This document shows, piece after piece, positions 48,585-57,521 of a DNA stretch of 64,000 nucleotides; positions within the stretch are counted from its first letter, which is position 1; every line of letters begins with the position of its first letter. The notes under the pieces were generated by a model that had not been told where the DNA came from, searched no databases, and saw nothing but the letters and a program-made list of their open reading frames with translations. The stretch is from Candidatus Thermosaccharophagus tengchongensis (GTDB taxonomy: Bacteria; Armatimonadota; Fervidibacteria; Fervidibacterales; Thermosaccharophagaceae), in NCBI GenBank assembly GCA_032161105.1, contig JAVHTD010000011.1. One strand, given 5' to 3'. The position numbers and the translations under genes are program-made.

Positions 48585-51227
48585 ATGCGAAGGCGCAAGC
48601 ATGATGCAAACAGCAAAGTGGCTAATGAGATGCTTGAGCTATATAGGTCTGCCAAGCATAAGCTCCCTGAGAAGATGCTCGCATGGAGATTGCACGCTGC
48701 TGGGATGGAGAACTTTGGGCGCAATGGTGAACCTGAGGAATTGCCCCTCCCGAAGCACGCCGATAATGAACTGCTTGCGCGCATTGACGCCGTTGGAGTT
48801 TGCTTCAGCGATGTGAAGATAATTGACCTCGGCGGTGCGCACCCGAGGCTTTATGGGCGCGACCTATCAAAGGAGCCGATAATACCGGGGCACGAAGTTT
48901 CACTGACGATAGTTTCTGTCGGAGAGAAGTTGCGAGATAGGTTTAAAGTCGGCGAGCGATACATTGTGCAAGCCGACATCTACTACAAAGGCGTCGGATT
49001 AGCATATGGCTACATGCTTCCGGGCGGATATGAGCAATATTGCGTCATCGGAAAGGAAATGCTTTACGGTGACGACGGTTGTTACCTGATCCCGGTGAGG
49101 GATGATTGCGGCTATGCCGAAGCTGCCCTAACCGAACCGTGGGCATGCGTTGAAGCCTCGTATTCAATTGCCATCAGGGATGGAATTAAAGCCGGCGGTG
49201 TTTGTTGGTTCATCGGGGTTGATGGGGCAAGATTTGATGAGTATGAGCTTAGCCGGGGGATAGAGCGAAGCAGGCATCCGAGAAAGGTGATTGCCACTGG
49301 GCTCAGCGGACTCATCCGATCGCTGCTCAGAGAGCGCTGCAGGGCGCTTGAAATACCGTTTGTTGAGACGGCGGGGCTCAATGAGCTTGACATAGATGAG
49401 CTTGTTCAAAGGGAAACCGATGGCAAAGGCTTTGATGACATAATCGTGCTCGGCAACTCAGCTGAAGCTGTTTCAAAGGTGTTCGGGAAGCTCGCGAGGG
49501 GTGGGATTCTCAACATCGTTGCAAATGCGCCTATGGATGAGGCTGCGATGATTGATGTCGGGCGAATACACTACGACGGTGTTTTGATAGTCGGGACGAC
49601 AAGCAATGACATCTCGGATGGATATATCAGTGGCAGGAGGAAGAGCGAGCCGAAGGGCGGCGGGGCGATGTATATCATTGGCGTCGGCGGACCGATGGGG
49701 CAAATGCACCTTCTGAGAGCCATTGATTCAAAGGAGCCACCAAGGCTTATAGTGGCAACGGATGTGGATGACTCACGCTTGGCGTATTGCAGGGAGCGAT
49801 ATGAAAGCAAGGCTAAGGAAGCCGGCATTGAGATAATACTGCTCAACCCGAGCAAGCTCGGTGATGAGCTTGAAGGTGAGCTTTACAAGGCAGTTGGTGA
49901 TGGTGGCTTTGATGACATTATCCTTCTTGCACCAGTCCCGAAGCTGATTGAGGATGCCCAGAAGTGGCTCGGGGAAAATGGCGTCATGAATTTGTTTGCC
50001 GGTTTGCCGAGGGGCACGAATGTGAGGATTGATGTGTCTGGAGTATACATGCGCGGTCAGAGGTATGTTGGGAGCAGCGGGTCAAGCATTGCCGATCTGG
50101 TAATGGCTTTATCAAAAACCGAGGGCGGCGAGCTTCGCCCAAACCTCTCCGTGGCAGCCATCGGTGGGATAAAGGCGGTTTGGGAAGCCGTCAAAGCCGC
50201 AAAGGAGGGGCGCTTCCCGGGCAAGATAGTCATATTCCCGCACATTGACATCCCGCTCATACCGCTGATTGAACTGAATGCGCGCCTTCCCGAAGTCGCA
50301 TCAAAGCTTTCCGAAGATGGCAGCTGGACAAAGGAAGCCGAGGAGGAATTGCTGAGGCGCCTCCTAAATCTTGAGCCGGCTGATGATGCGGAGTTAGTTG
50401 CAAGGGGTCCGTTTGTCATTCGTGATGATGGTGCAACGAAGCGCCTCAAAGATAAGGTTGCCATCGTAACCGGCGCAGGACAGGGTCTCGGTGAAGCAAT
50501 TGCGATGCGGCTCGCTAAGGAGGGTGCACATGTCGTCATAGCTGATATCAACCCAATTGGTGCAACTGCTGTTGCGGAGGCTGTAAAGAAGCGTTACGGC
50601 GTTAGAGCGCTCGGACTCAAGGTTGATGTGACAAATGAGGATGAAGTTGAGTTTATGGTCAAAAGGACGCTTGAGGAGTTTGGTCGGATTGACATACTCG
50701 TTGCGAATGCGGGGATACTCATCTCGGGCGCCATAACCGAGTTTGATGTTGAGGCATGGAGGAGGGTCATTGATGTCAACTTGGTCGGATACATGATATG
50801 TGCAAAGCATGTTGCCAAAGTGATGATTGAGCAGAGGAGCGGCGTGATCATACAGATCAACTCAAAGAGCGGTAAAAAGGGGAGCTATAGGAACTCCGCT
50901 TATGCCTCAAGCAAATTTGGTGGCATCGGGCTAACGCAAAGCTTGGCGCTTGAGCTTGCGCCATATGGTGTGCGAGTAAATGCCATCTGCCCGGGCAATT
51001 TGCTTGATTCGCCACTTTGGGTCAGAAGCCTGTATGAGCAGTATTCAAAGCGCTGGGGAATAACACCCGAAGAGGTTAGGCGAAAGTATGAAGAACAAGT
51101 CCCGCTCAAGAGGGGCTGCACTTACGATGATGTTTGCAATGCCGTCGTCTTCTTAGCCTCCGATGAATCCTCATACATCACCGGTGAGGCGTTGAATGTT
51201 GACGGCGGACAGGAAATGGGGAGGTGA
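48585..51227 (+). CDS. Fusion: SorE-like MDR reductase with duplicated Rossmann region + sorbitol-6-phosphate dehydrogenase (SrlD-like SDR)
   Basis: GVCFSDVK, IPGHE, ALTEPWACV, GVGGPMG and two GFDDII segments. C-terminal VTGAGQGLG, INSKSGK.GS..NSAYASSKFGG..LTQSLALELA and GNLLDSPLW are typical of SrlD. Confidence 0.85.
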   Translation: MRRRKHDANSKVANEMLELYRSAKHKLPEKMLAWRLHAAGMENFGRNGEPEELPLPKHADNELLARIDAVGVCFSDVKIIDLGGAHPRLYGRDLSKEPIIPGHEVSLTIVSVGEKLRDRFKVGERYIVQADIYYKGVGLAYGYMLPGGYEQYCVIGKEMLYGDDGCYLIPVRDDCGYAEAALTEPWACVEASYSIAIRDGIKAGGVCWFIGVDGARFDEYELSRGIERSRHPRKVIATGLSGLIRSLLRERCRALEIPFVETAGLNELDIDELVQRETDGKGFDDIIVLGNSAEAVSKVFGKLARGGILNIVANAPMDEAAMIDVGRIHYDGVLIVGTTSNDISDGYISGRRKSEPKGGGAMYIIGVGGPMGQMHLLRAIDSKEPPRLIVATDVDDSRLAYCRERYESKAKEAGIEIILLNPSKLGDELEGELYKAVGDGGFDDIILLAPVPKLIEDAQKWLGENGVMNLFAGLPRGTNVRIDVSGVYMRGQRYVGSSGSSIADLVMALSKTEGGELRPNLSVAAIGGIKAVWEAVKAAKEGRFPGKIVIFPHIDIPLIPLIELNARLPEVASKLSEDGSWTKEAEEELLRRLLNLEPADDAELVARGPFVIRDDGATKRLKDKVAIVTGAGQGLGEAIAMRLAKEGAHVVIADINPIGATAVAEAVKKRYGVRALGLKVDVTNEDEVEFMVKRTLEEFGRIDILVANAGILISGAITEFDVEAWRRVIDVNLVGYMICAKHVAKVMIEQRSGVIIQINSKSGKKGSYRNSAYASSKFGGIGLTQSLALELAPYGVRVNAICPGNLLDSPLWVRSLYEQYSKRWGITPEEVRRKYEEQVPLKRGCTYDDVCNAVVFLASDESSYITGEALNVDGGQEMGR

Positions 51228-51283
51228 GACGCTTTATGTGTGGTGGATGTGTGAGCGGCAGTGAGGGGAGGAAAACGAGGACG

Positions 51284-52279
51284 GTGAAAGTTTACTTCGG
51301 CATCAACGGCGCATTCCTGACGAGGCGATGGGAAGAACCGGAGAACTTCATGCGCCTAACGAGGGAATGCGGCTACCTGTATCACGAATTCTGCGCCGAT
51401 GTCCTTGATCCCTTCTTCCATGGCGACAAGAGCTACCAAGTTGAGACGGCTCGCAAGGTGAGGGAGGCAGCGAAAAAATATGGCGTGGTGATAACCGATT
51501 ACTACACTGGCGTTGCAACACATCGTTTCCATGGTCTATCACACAGCGACCCAAGAGTGCGTGAGCGGATGAAGCAGTGGATAATTGAGGCAATGGACAT
51601 AGTGCTTGAAATGGGCGTTGACAGGATTGGCGGGCATTGGGATGCATTCTCAGTTGAGGTGCTAAGTGACCCAGAACGCACAAAAGCCGCCTTTGAAAAC
51701 ATCTACCAACAGTTCCGAGAGCTGGCTGTCATAGGGAAGCAAAAGGGCATAGCCGCAATTTACAACGAGCAGATGTATATCCCAAGTGAGATACCTTGGA
51801 CGATGCAACAAGCTGAGGAATTCCTGATAGCCGTGAACAGGGATAGTGCGGGTTGCCCCATCAGGCTCACAATAGACACAGGTCATCAGGCTGGAATGCA
51901 TTACGGCTTGAGCGGACCCGACCTTGATTATGCCGAGTGGATAAAGCGCTTTGGAGCTATCGCCGAAGTGATACACATACAGCAAACAACGCCGGATGCA
52001 AGCTGTCATTGGGCGTTCACCGAAGAGTATAACAACCTTGGGCATGTGAGGATTGAACGGGTCATTGAGGCGCTCAAATACTCACATCAGCATTATCATG
52101 AGCAACCGTATGCGCCATATTTACCCCCTGCCGAACGCACATTCCTCATTGCCGAAATTATACCGGGGTCAACGAAGCGTGAGGATGTCCTCTTAAGGGA
52201 ACTGAAGGAGACCGCCGATTACCTGCGCCGCTTCATCCCCGATGATGGACTGGAAATTGTGGTCAATGTAAACACCTAA
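51284..52279 (+). CDS. TIM-barrel sugar-phosphate epimerase, EryC-like
   Basis: GINGAFLTRRWEEPE, IDTGH and HIQQT...HWAFTEEYN motifs. Start uncertain (ORF open from 51224). Confidence 0.65.
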   Translation: MKVYFGINGAFLTRRWEEPENFMRLTRECGYLYHEFCADVLDPFFHGDKSYQVETARKVREAAKKYGVVITDYYTGVATHRFHGLSHSDPRVRERMKQWIIEAMDIVLEMGVDRIGGHWDAFSVEVLSDPERTKAAFENIYQQFRELAVIGKQKGIAAIYNEQMYIPSEIPWTMQQAEEFLIAVNRDSAGCPIRLTIDTGHQAGMHYGLSGPDLDYAEWIKRFGAIAEVIHIQQTTPDASCHWAFTEEYNNLGHVRIERVIEALKYSHQHYHEQPYAPYLPPAERTFLIAEIIPGSTKREDVLLRELKETADYLRRFIPDDGLEIVVNVNT

Positions 52280-52286
52280 TCAACAA

Positions 52287-52316
52287 AGGGCATTGCCCTT
52301 CTTAGGGCAATGCCCT
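52287..52316. terminator. Hairpin between convergent genes, likely terminator
   Basis: AGGGCATTGCCCT-tctt-AGGGCAATGCCCT: perfect 13-bp stem. Confidence 0.7.
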
Positions 52317-52345
52317 CTCATGAAGCAGGTCTTGATGAGAGGAAG

Positions 52346-52507
52346 CTATACCGTCTTTATGCTATTGTTGACGGTCACAAAAAGGTTGCGGATGCGCTCA
52401 CCGAGCAGCGTCAAAATGGCAATGCAAACAAGGGCGATGAGCGACACCAGCAACCCATACTCAAGCAATGTCTGCCCCTCACTCTCGTGAATGAGCCTCT
52501 TCATCAT
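52346..52507 (-). CDS. flp: Flp/Fap (type IV Tad) pilin, copy 1
   Basis: MMKRLIHESEG|QTLLEYGLLVSLIALVCIAILTLLGERIRNLFVTVNNSIKTV* (53 aa). G|xxxxEY Flp motif and GGAGGTGA RBS. Confidence 0.92.
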   Translation of the reverse strand: MMKRLIHESEGQTLLEYGLLVSLIALVCIAILTLLGERIRNLFVTVNNSIKTV

Positions 52508-52559
52508 CTCGCTTCACCTCCTTTCCCACGGACTTAACCGTTCATTAAACTCGCCATTA

Positions 52560-52588
52560 ATTATAACGCGACCGACAGCCATCGTCCA
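52560..52588 (-). promoter_or_regulatory. Sigma70-like promoter for flp copy 1
   Basis: TGGACG-17 bp-TATAAT on the minus strand. Confidence 0.55.
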
Positions 52589-52617
52589 CTTGCAAGATGA
52601 GCACTTGACCTCAAAGG

Positions 52618-52779
52618 CTATGCTGTTACGACACTGTTGTTGACGGTCACGAATAGGTTGCGGATGCGCTCACCAAGCAGCGTCAAAATGGCAATGCAAA
52701 CAAGGGCGATGAGCGACACCAGCAACCCATACTCAAGCAGCGTCTGCCCCTCACTCTCACAAAGGAGCCTCCTAATCAT
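52618..52779 (-). CDS. flp: Flp/Fap pilin, copy 2
   Basis: MIRRLLCESEG|QTLLEYGLLVSLIALVCIAILTLLGERIRNLFVTVNNSVVTA* (53 aa). GGGGGTGAG RBS. Confidence 0.92.
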   Translation of the reverse strand: MIRRLLCESEGQTLLEYGLLVSLIALVCIAILTLLGERIRNLFVTVNNSVVTA

Positions 52780-52847
52780 CTCGTCTCACCCCCTTCAACA
52801 GAAACTTTACTCCTTCCTACGGCAACAAAAGCAAGCCTTGATTTCGC

Positions 52848-53009
52848 CTACTCCGTTATTATGCTGTTGTTGACGCTCACGAATAGGTTGCGGATGCGCT
52901 CACCGAGCAGCGTCAAAATGGCAATGCAAACAAGGGCGATGAACGACACCAGCAACCCATACTCAAGCAATGTCTGCCCCTCACTCTCACAAAGGAACCT
53001 CTTCATCAT
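52848..53009 (-). CDS. flp: Flp/Fap pilin, copy 3
   Basis: MMKRFLCESEG|QTLLEYGLLVSFIALVCIAILTLLGERIRNLFVSVNNSIITE* (53 aa). GGAGGTGAGGTG RBS. Confidence 0.92.
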   Translation of the reverse strand: MMKRFLCESEGQTLLEYGLLVSFIALVCIAILTLLGERIRNLFVSVNNSIITE

Positions 53010-53061
53010 TTCACCTCACCTCCTTTGCCGAAGATCCGATTACTCCTCAAAGCTATTACCC

Positions 53062-53089
53062 ATTATGGCGCAAGGAAAATAATTGTCAA
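53062..53089 (-). promoter_or_regulatory. Sigma70-like promoter for the flp array, overlapping the lon stop
   Basis: TTGACA-16 bp-CATAAT on the minus strand. The TGA within TTGACA is the lon stop codon. Confidence 0.6.
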
Positions 53090-55509
53090 GCTACTCCCTC
53101 CACCATGCGTTGAATCTTTCCACGGGCTGTAATGCTCGGGCGCTCCAGTGCCTCTTGCGGGAGAGGACGAGAGAGAGCGATCTTTAGTGCCTCTTCAACG
53201 GTGCGACAGTAATGGAAGGTCAGATCTTGCATCACCTCTTTTGGCAGGTCGCGCACATCCTTTTCGTTTTCCTTGGGAAGGATGATCTCTTTAAGCCCAG
53301 CTCTATGGGCTGCAAGTATCTTCTCCCGTATGCCGCCAACTGGTAGTAACTTCCCACGCAGTGTAATCTCGCCCGTCATTCCAACATCCCTTCGCACCGG
53401 TATGCCGGTGAATGCCGATGTGAGTGCAACAAGCATCGCTATCCCTGCCGACGGACCGTCCTTTTGTATCGCGCCTGCCGGAACATGAATGTGAATGTCG
53501 GTCTTCTCAAAGAAGCGGCTCTCAATTCCGAGCCTTCGCGCTATTGAGCGAGCATAGCTGACGGCAATGCGAGCACTCTCCTGCATGACATCACCAAGCT
53601 GACCAGTGAGCAACACCTGCCCACTGCCCTCATTCAATAGCACCTCAATTATGAGTATGTCTCCACCGACCTCCGTCCACGCAAGTGCGGTAGCCATTGC
53701 TATCTCGTCTTCCTCTTCGGCTTTGCCGAAGAGATACCGCCTTGGACCAAGCAGTTTCTCAATCCTCTTTGGGGTTATCTTCATTGGCTTCGTAACACCA
53801 CTTGCGACCCTAACAGCCACCTTGCGGAAAATTGAGGCAAGCGTTCTCTCCAAATTGCGCACCCCGGCTTCCTGAGTGTAATTGCGTATGATCGTTTTGA
53901 TTGCATCGTCCGTGAAGCTAACATTTGATGGCTTAAGCCCATGAGCCTTTAAGCCCTTCGGGATGAGAAAGTGGCGAGCTATCATTAGCTTCTCATATTC
54001 GGTGTAGCCCGGAAAGTGAATTATTTCAAGCCTGTCAAGGAGCGCCGGCGGTATAGTGTGGGTTACATTCCCGGTCAATATGAACATGACTTTTGAAAGG
54101 TCAAATGGCACTTCAATGTAGTGGTCACTGAATGCATAATTTTGCTCCGGGTCAAGCGCCTCAAGCAAAGCAGCAGCCGGGTCGCCTCTGAAGTCAACTC
54201 CGAGCTTGTCAATCTCGTCCAGCATGAAGACCGGATTTTTAACCCCGACAGTGCGCATGGCTTGTATTATGCGCCCCGGCAGCGCCCCAACATAGGTCCT
54301 TCTATGCCCCCTTATTTCAGCCTCGTCCCTCACTCCGCCAAGCGATATGCGTATGAACTTCCTTCCCATCGCCCTCGCAATTGACCGCCCAACTGATGTC
54401 TTGCCAGTGCCGGGCGGTCCGATGAAGCAAAGTATTGGACCTTTTGTCTCCTTGGACAACTTGCGCACAGCGAGAAATTCAAGAACCCTCTCTTTCACAT
54501 CCTTCAAGCCGTAGTGATCCTCATCAAGGATTTCCCTTGCCTTGTCTATGTCAATGTTATCGCGGGTGCACTTATTCCACGGCAGCGAGAGCAACCAATC
54601 AAGGTAAGTCCTGATGACTGTCGCTTCCGGGGCAAGCGGTGACATCTTAGCCAATCGCTCAACTTCCTTGATGGCAACTTCGCGGGCTTCCTTTGGCATC
54701 TTTGCCCTCTCAATTTTGCCGCGCAGCTCCTCAATCTCAGCGGTGAATGAATCCCTTTCGCCGAGCTCCTCCTGGATGGCTTTCAAGCGCTCGCGGAGAA
54801 TGAACTCCTTCTGCGATTCACCGACACCTTCACGCACGCGATTCTCAATCTCTCGCTCAATCTCCAAGATCTGCAGCTCTCGTGCAAGTATGTTGGTAAT
54901 CATCCTCAAGCGCTCTTTGTGGTCCAGCACCTCCAACAGCTGCTGCTTCTCTTCAAACTTGATCTCAAGGTAGGACGCTATTGCGTTGGCGAGTCTCCCG
55001 GGCGAATTTATGTTTGCGATTGCGGGGAGCACCTCTGGCGGTATTGTGCGGCTCTGATCAATGAGCTTTTCAAATTGCTGTCTTGCAGCGCGCATCCAAG
55101 CGAGCGTCTCTAAGTCAGTTGGGTCTACATCATCCGGTGGCTCTTGAATCAGCTCAACCTGGGCGAGGATAAACGGCTCCTCTTTGACAAACTTGACGAG
55201 GCGAGCCTTTAGACGACCCTCAACGAGCACCTGAACATTACCGTCCGGCATCCTCGTCGGACGCATGACTTCAGCCACAACGCCCACTTTGAACACATCT
55301 TCCTCACCCGGCTCCGGTGTGAGCGGATTTCGCTGTGTGACGAGGAATACAAGCTGACCCCCACTCAAAGCCTCTTCAAGCGCCTTTAAAGACCTTTGCC
55401 TCCCGATGAGCAGAGGTGTTATCACATGTGGGAATATAACAAGCCCCGGAAGGGGTATCGCTGGAAAGGTGTGCACGGAACTCCCATCCGTCTCCATCTG
55501 CTCACTCAC
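53086..55509 (-). CDS. lon: ATP-dependent Lon protease
   Basis: GPPGTGKT, RDEAEIRGHRRTYVGALPG, MLDEIDK, KDGPSAG and GGIREK motifs. Confidence 0.98.
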   Translation of the reverse strand: MSEQMETDGSSVHTFPAIPLPGLVIFPHVITPLLIGRQRSLKALEEALSGGQLVFLVTQRNPLTPEPGEEDVFKVGVVAEVMRPTRMPDGNVQVLVEGRLKARLVKFVKEEPFILAQVELIQEPPDDVDPTDLETLAWMRAARQQFEKLIDQSRTIPPEVLPAIANINSPGRLANAIASYLEIKFEEKQQLLEVLDHKERLRMITNILARELQILEIEREIENRVREGVGESQKEFILRERLKAIQEELGERDSFTAEIEELRGKIERAKMPKEAREVAIKEVERLAKMSPLAPEATVIRTYLDWLLSLPWNKCTRDNIDIDKAREILDEDHYGLKDVKERVLEFLAVRKLSKETKGPILCFIGPPGTGKTSVGRSIARAMGRKFIRISLGGVRDEAEIRGHRRTYVGALPGRIIQAMRTVGVKNPVFMLDEIDKLGVDFRGDPAAALLEALDPEQNYAFSDHYIEVPFDLSKVMFILTGNVTHTIPPALLDRLEIIHFPGYTEYEKLMIARHFLIPKGLKAHGLKPSNVSFTDDAIKTIIRNYTQEAGVRNLERTLASIFRKVAVRVASGVTKPMKITPKRIEKLLGPRRYLFGKAEEEDEIAMATALAWTEVGGDILIIEVLLNEGSGQVLLTGQLGDVMQESARIAVSYARSIARRLGIESRFFEKTDIHIHVPAGAIQKDGPSAGIAMLVALTSAFTGIPVRRDVGMTGEITLRGKLLPVGGIREKILAAHRAGLKEIILPKENEKDVRDLPKEVMQDLTFHYCRTVEEALKIALSRPLPQEALERPSITARGKIQRMVEGVA

Positions 55510-55517
55510 CTCTTGAG

Positions 55518-56798
55518 TTAGGCAATTCCCTCCGCTGGATATTGCACGAGCTCATCGCTGCGCAGTATCAATGGCTGCTTTCTCTCCCTCACTATCTCCG
55601 CTGTGATGATGCACTTCCTTATGCTCCTATCGGAGGGCACCTCAAACATGACATTGAGCATTAGCTCCTCAAGGATGCTCCTCAAGGCTCTTGCGCCCAT
55701 CTTCCTTTCAAGGGCTTCCTCAGCTATGGCTTCAAGCGCATCTTGAGTGAACTCAAGCTGCACACCGTCAATTTGAAGCATCTTTTGGTATTGCTTGATG
55801 AGCGCATTCCTCGGCTCTGTAAGCACGCGTATCAAGGCATCTTTATCAAGCGCATCAAGCGTCGCAATGATGTGCAACCGCCCAACAAACTCAGGTATGA
55901 AGCCATACCTGAGAAGGTCTTCCGGCATGACATGCTCCAAGATGTTCCCGATGCGCTTCTTTGAGACCTCCCTAACGGAAGCGCCAAAGCCCATCTTATG
56001 CTCCTTCAGCCTTTGCTCAACTATCCTCTCCAAACCCTCAAACGCCCCACCGCATATGAAGAGGATGCTCGTTGTGTCCATTTGGATGAACTCCTGATGC
56101 GGATGTTTCCTTCCACCCTGTGGTGGCACATTGGCAATTGTGCCCTCAAGTATCTTGAGGAGGGCTTGCTGAACACCCTCACCAGAGACATCCCTCGTTA
56201 TCGAAGGGCTGTCGGACTTGCGGGCTATCTTGTCTATCTCGTCAATGTAGACAATGCCATGTTGGGCAGCCTGCAGGTCACCACCAGCCGCGTGATAAAG
56301 CTTGAGCAGTATGTTCTCAACATCTTCACCGACATAGCCAGCCTCAGTCAGCGTCGTAGCATCGGCTATTGCAAACGGGACATCAAGCAACTTTGCCAAT
56401 GTCTTTGCAAGCAGCGTCTTGCCCGAGCCCGTTGGTCCTATGAGCAAGATGTTGCTCTTTTCAATCTCAACATCATCCGAACTGTCAGCCATGGCTATTC
56501 GCTTGTAATGGTTATAGACAGCGACGGAAAGGATGCGCTTTGCCCTATCCTGTCCAACCACATACTGGTTCAGGAACTCGTAAATCTCTTTCGGTGTTGG
56601 TATGCGCTCAAGCTTGAAGCCGCCATAGCGCTGCCTCCTCGCCTTCGGGACATCAAGTCCGAGGACCTCGCTGCAAAGCAAAACGCACTCTGAGCATATG
56701 TTCACTCCGGGACCGATGACTATGCTTTGGACTTCGCCCCTGTGCTTCCCACAAAACGAGCAGCGCACATCACCTTTACTGCCATCAATCGGAAGCAT
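55518..56798 (-). CDS. clpX: ATP-dependent Clp protease ATPase subunit
   Basis: CSFCGK...CSEC zinc finger, [33 protein letters not shown] and MGF loop. Confidence 0.98.
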   Translation of the reverse strand: MLPIDGSKGDVRCSFCGKHRGEVQSIVIGPGVNICSECVLLCSEVLGLDVPKARRQRYGGFKLERIPTPKEIYEFLNQYVVGQDRAKRILSVAVYNHYKRIAMADSSDDVEIEKSNILLIGPTGSGKTLLAKTLAKLLDVPFAIADATTLTEAGYVGEDVENILLKLYHAAGGDLQAAQHGIVYIDEIDKIARKSDSPSITRDVSGEGVQQALLKILEGTIANVPPQGGRKHPHQEFIQMDTTSILFICGGAFEGLERIVEQRLKEHKMGFGASVREVSKKRIGNILEHVMPEDLLRYGFIPEFVGRLHIIATLDALDKDALIRVLTEPRNALIKQYQKMLQIDGVQLEFTQDALEAIAEEALERKMGARALRSILEELMLNVMFEVPSDRSIRKCIITAEIVRERKQPLILRSDELVQYPAEGIA

Positions 56799-56841
56799 CC
56801 TTTACGCCCCCTTGAAACAATCGGCATTGCTTGCGCCTCTT

Positions 56842-57444
56842 CTACGCTGCTTTCTCCTCGGCTCTGCGCCTGCACATTAACACATGGTCAACAATGCCAT
56901 ACTCAAGCGCTTCCTCCGCTGACATGAAGAAACTCCTCTCCGTATCACGCTCAATCCTCTCAATCGGCTGTCCAGTGCAATCGGCGAGTATCTCATTGAT
57001 CAGGCGCCGTATCCTGCTTATCTCGTGGGCGTAAATTTCAACATCGGCAGCCTGACCGCTCACACCGCCCCAAGGTTGATGGATCATTATTCTGGCATGC
57101 GGGAGGGCATATCTTCTTCCCTTTGCGCCAGCTGCAAGGAGCACCGCCGCCATGCTCGCAGCTTGCCCGACGCAATATGTCGCAACATCTGGCTTAACAA
57201 ACTGCATCGCATCGTAAATCGCCAACCCAGCTGTTACGGACCCTCCGGGGCTGTTGATGTAAAGGTCAATCGGTGCTTCGTCATCCTCCTTCTCCAAGAA
57301 GAGCAGCTGAGCGATGACCACATTCGCAACATGGTCAGTTATCTCGCCCCCGAGGAAGATGATTCGGCTCTTGAGCAAGCGAGAATAGATGTCGTAAGCC
57401 CTCTCACCCCTGCCCGTCTCCTCAATCACCCAAGGTATGAGCAT
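56842..57444 (-). CDS. clpP: Clp protease proteolytic subunit (triad Asp position is Ser)
   Basis: [26 protein letters not shown] and [11 protein letters not shown] motifs. Confidence 0.96.
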   Translation of the reverse strand: MLIPWVIEETGRGERAYDIYSRLLKSRIIFLGGEITDHVANVVIAQLLFLEKEDDEAPIDLYINSPGGSVTAGLAIYDAMQFVKPDVATYCVGQAASMAAVLLAAGAKGRRYALPHARIMIHQPWGGVSGQAADVEIYAHEISRIRRLINEILADCTGQPIERIERDTERSFFMSAEEALEYGIVDHVLMCRRRAEEKAA

Positions 57445-57521
57445 CGCAAACCTACCTCCTTTGCGAACTCATTGCTCATGACATTTTTGACGAACCAACA
57501 CCGCCTCAGATGTTACCCTCC

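Noticed and set aside
52346..53009. DGR template/variable repeats or CRISPR in the triple repeat
   Set aside because: All three copies are intact pilin ORFs with RBSs, the differences are not adenine-specific, and no reverse transcriptase lies in the window.
52293..53082. Plus-strand repeated ORFs (52293, 52310, 52637, 52861) in the ORF track
   Set aside because: They are antisense shadows of the flp genes.
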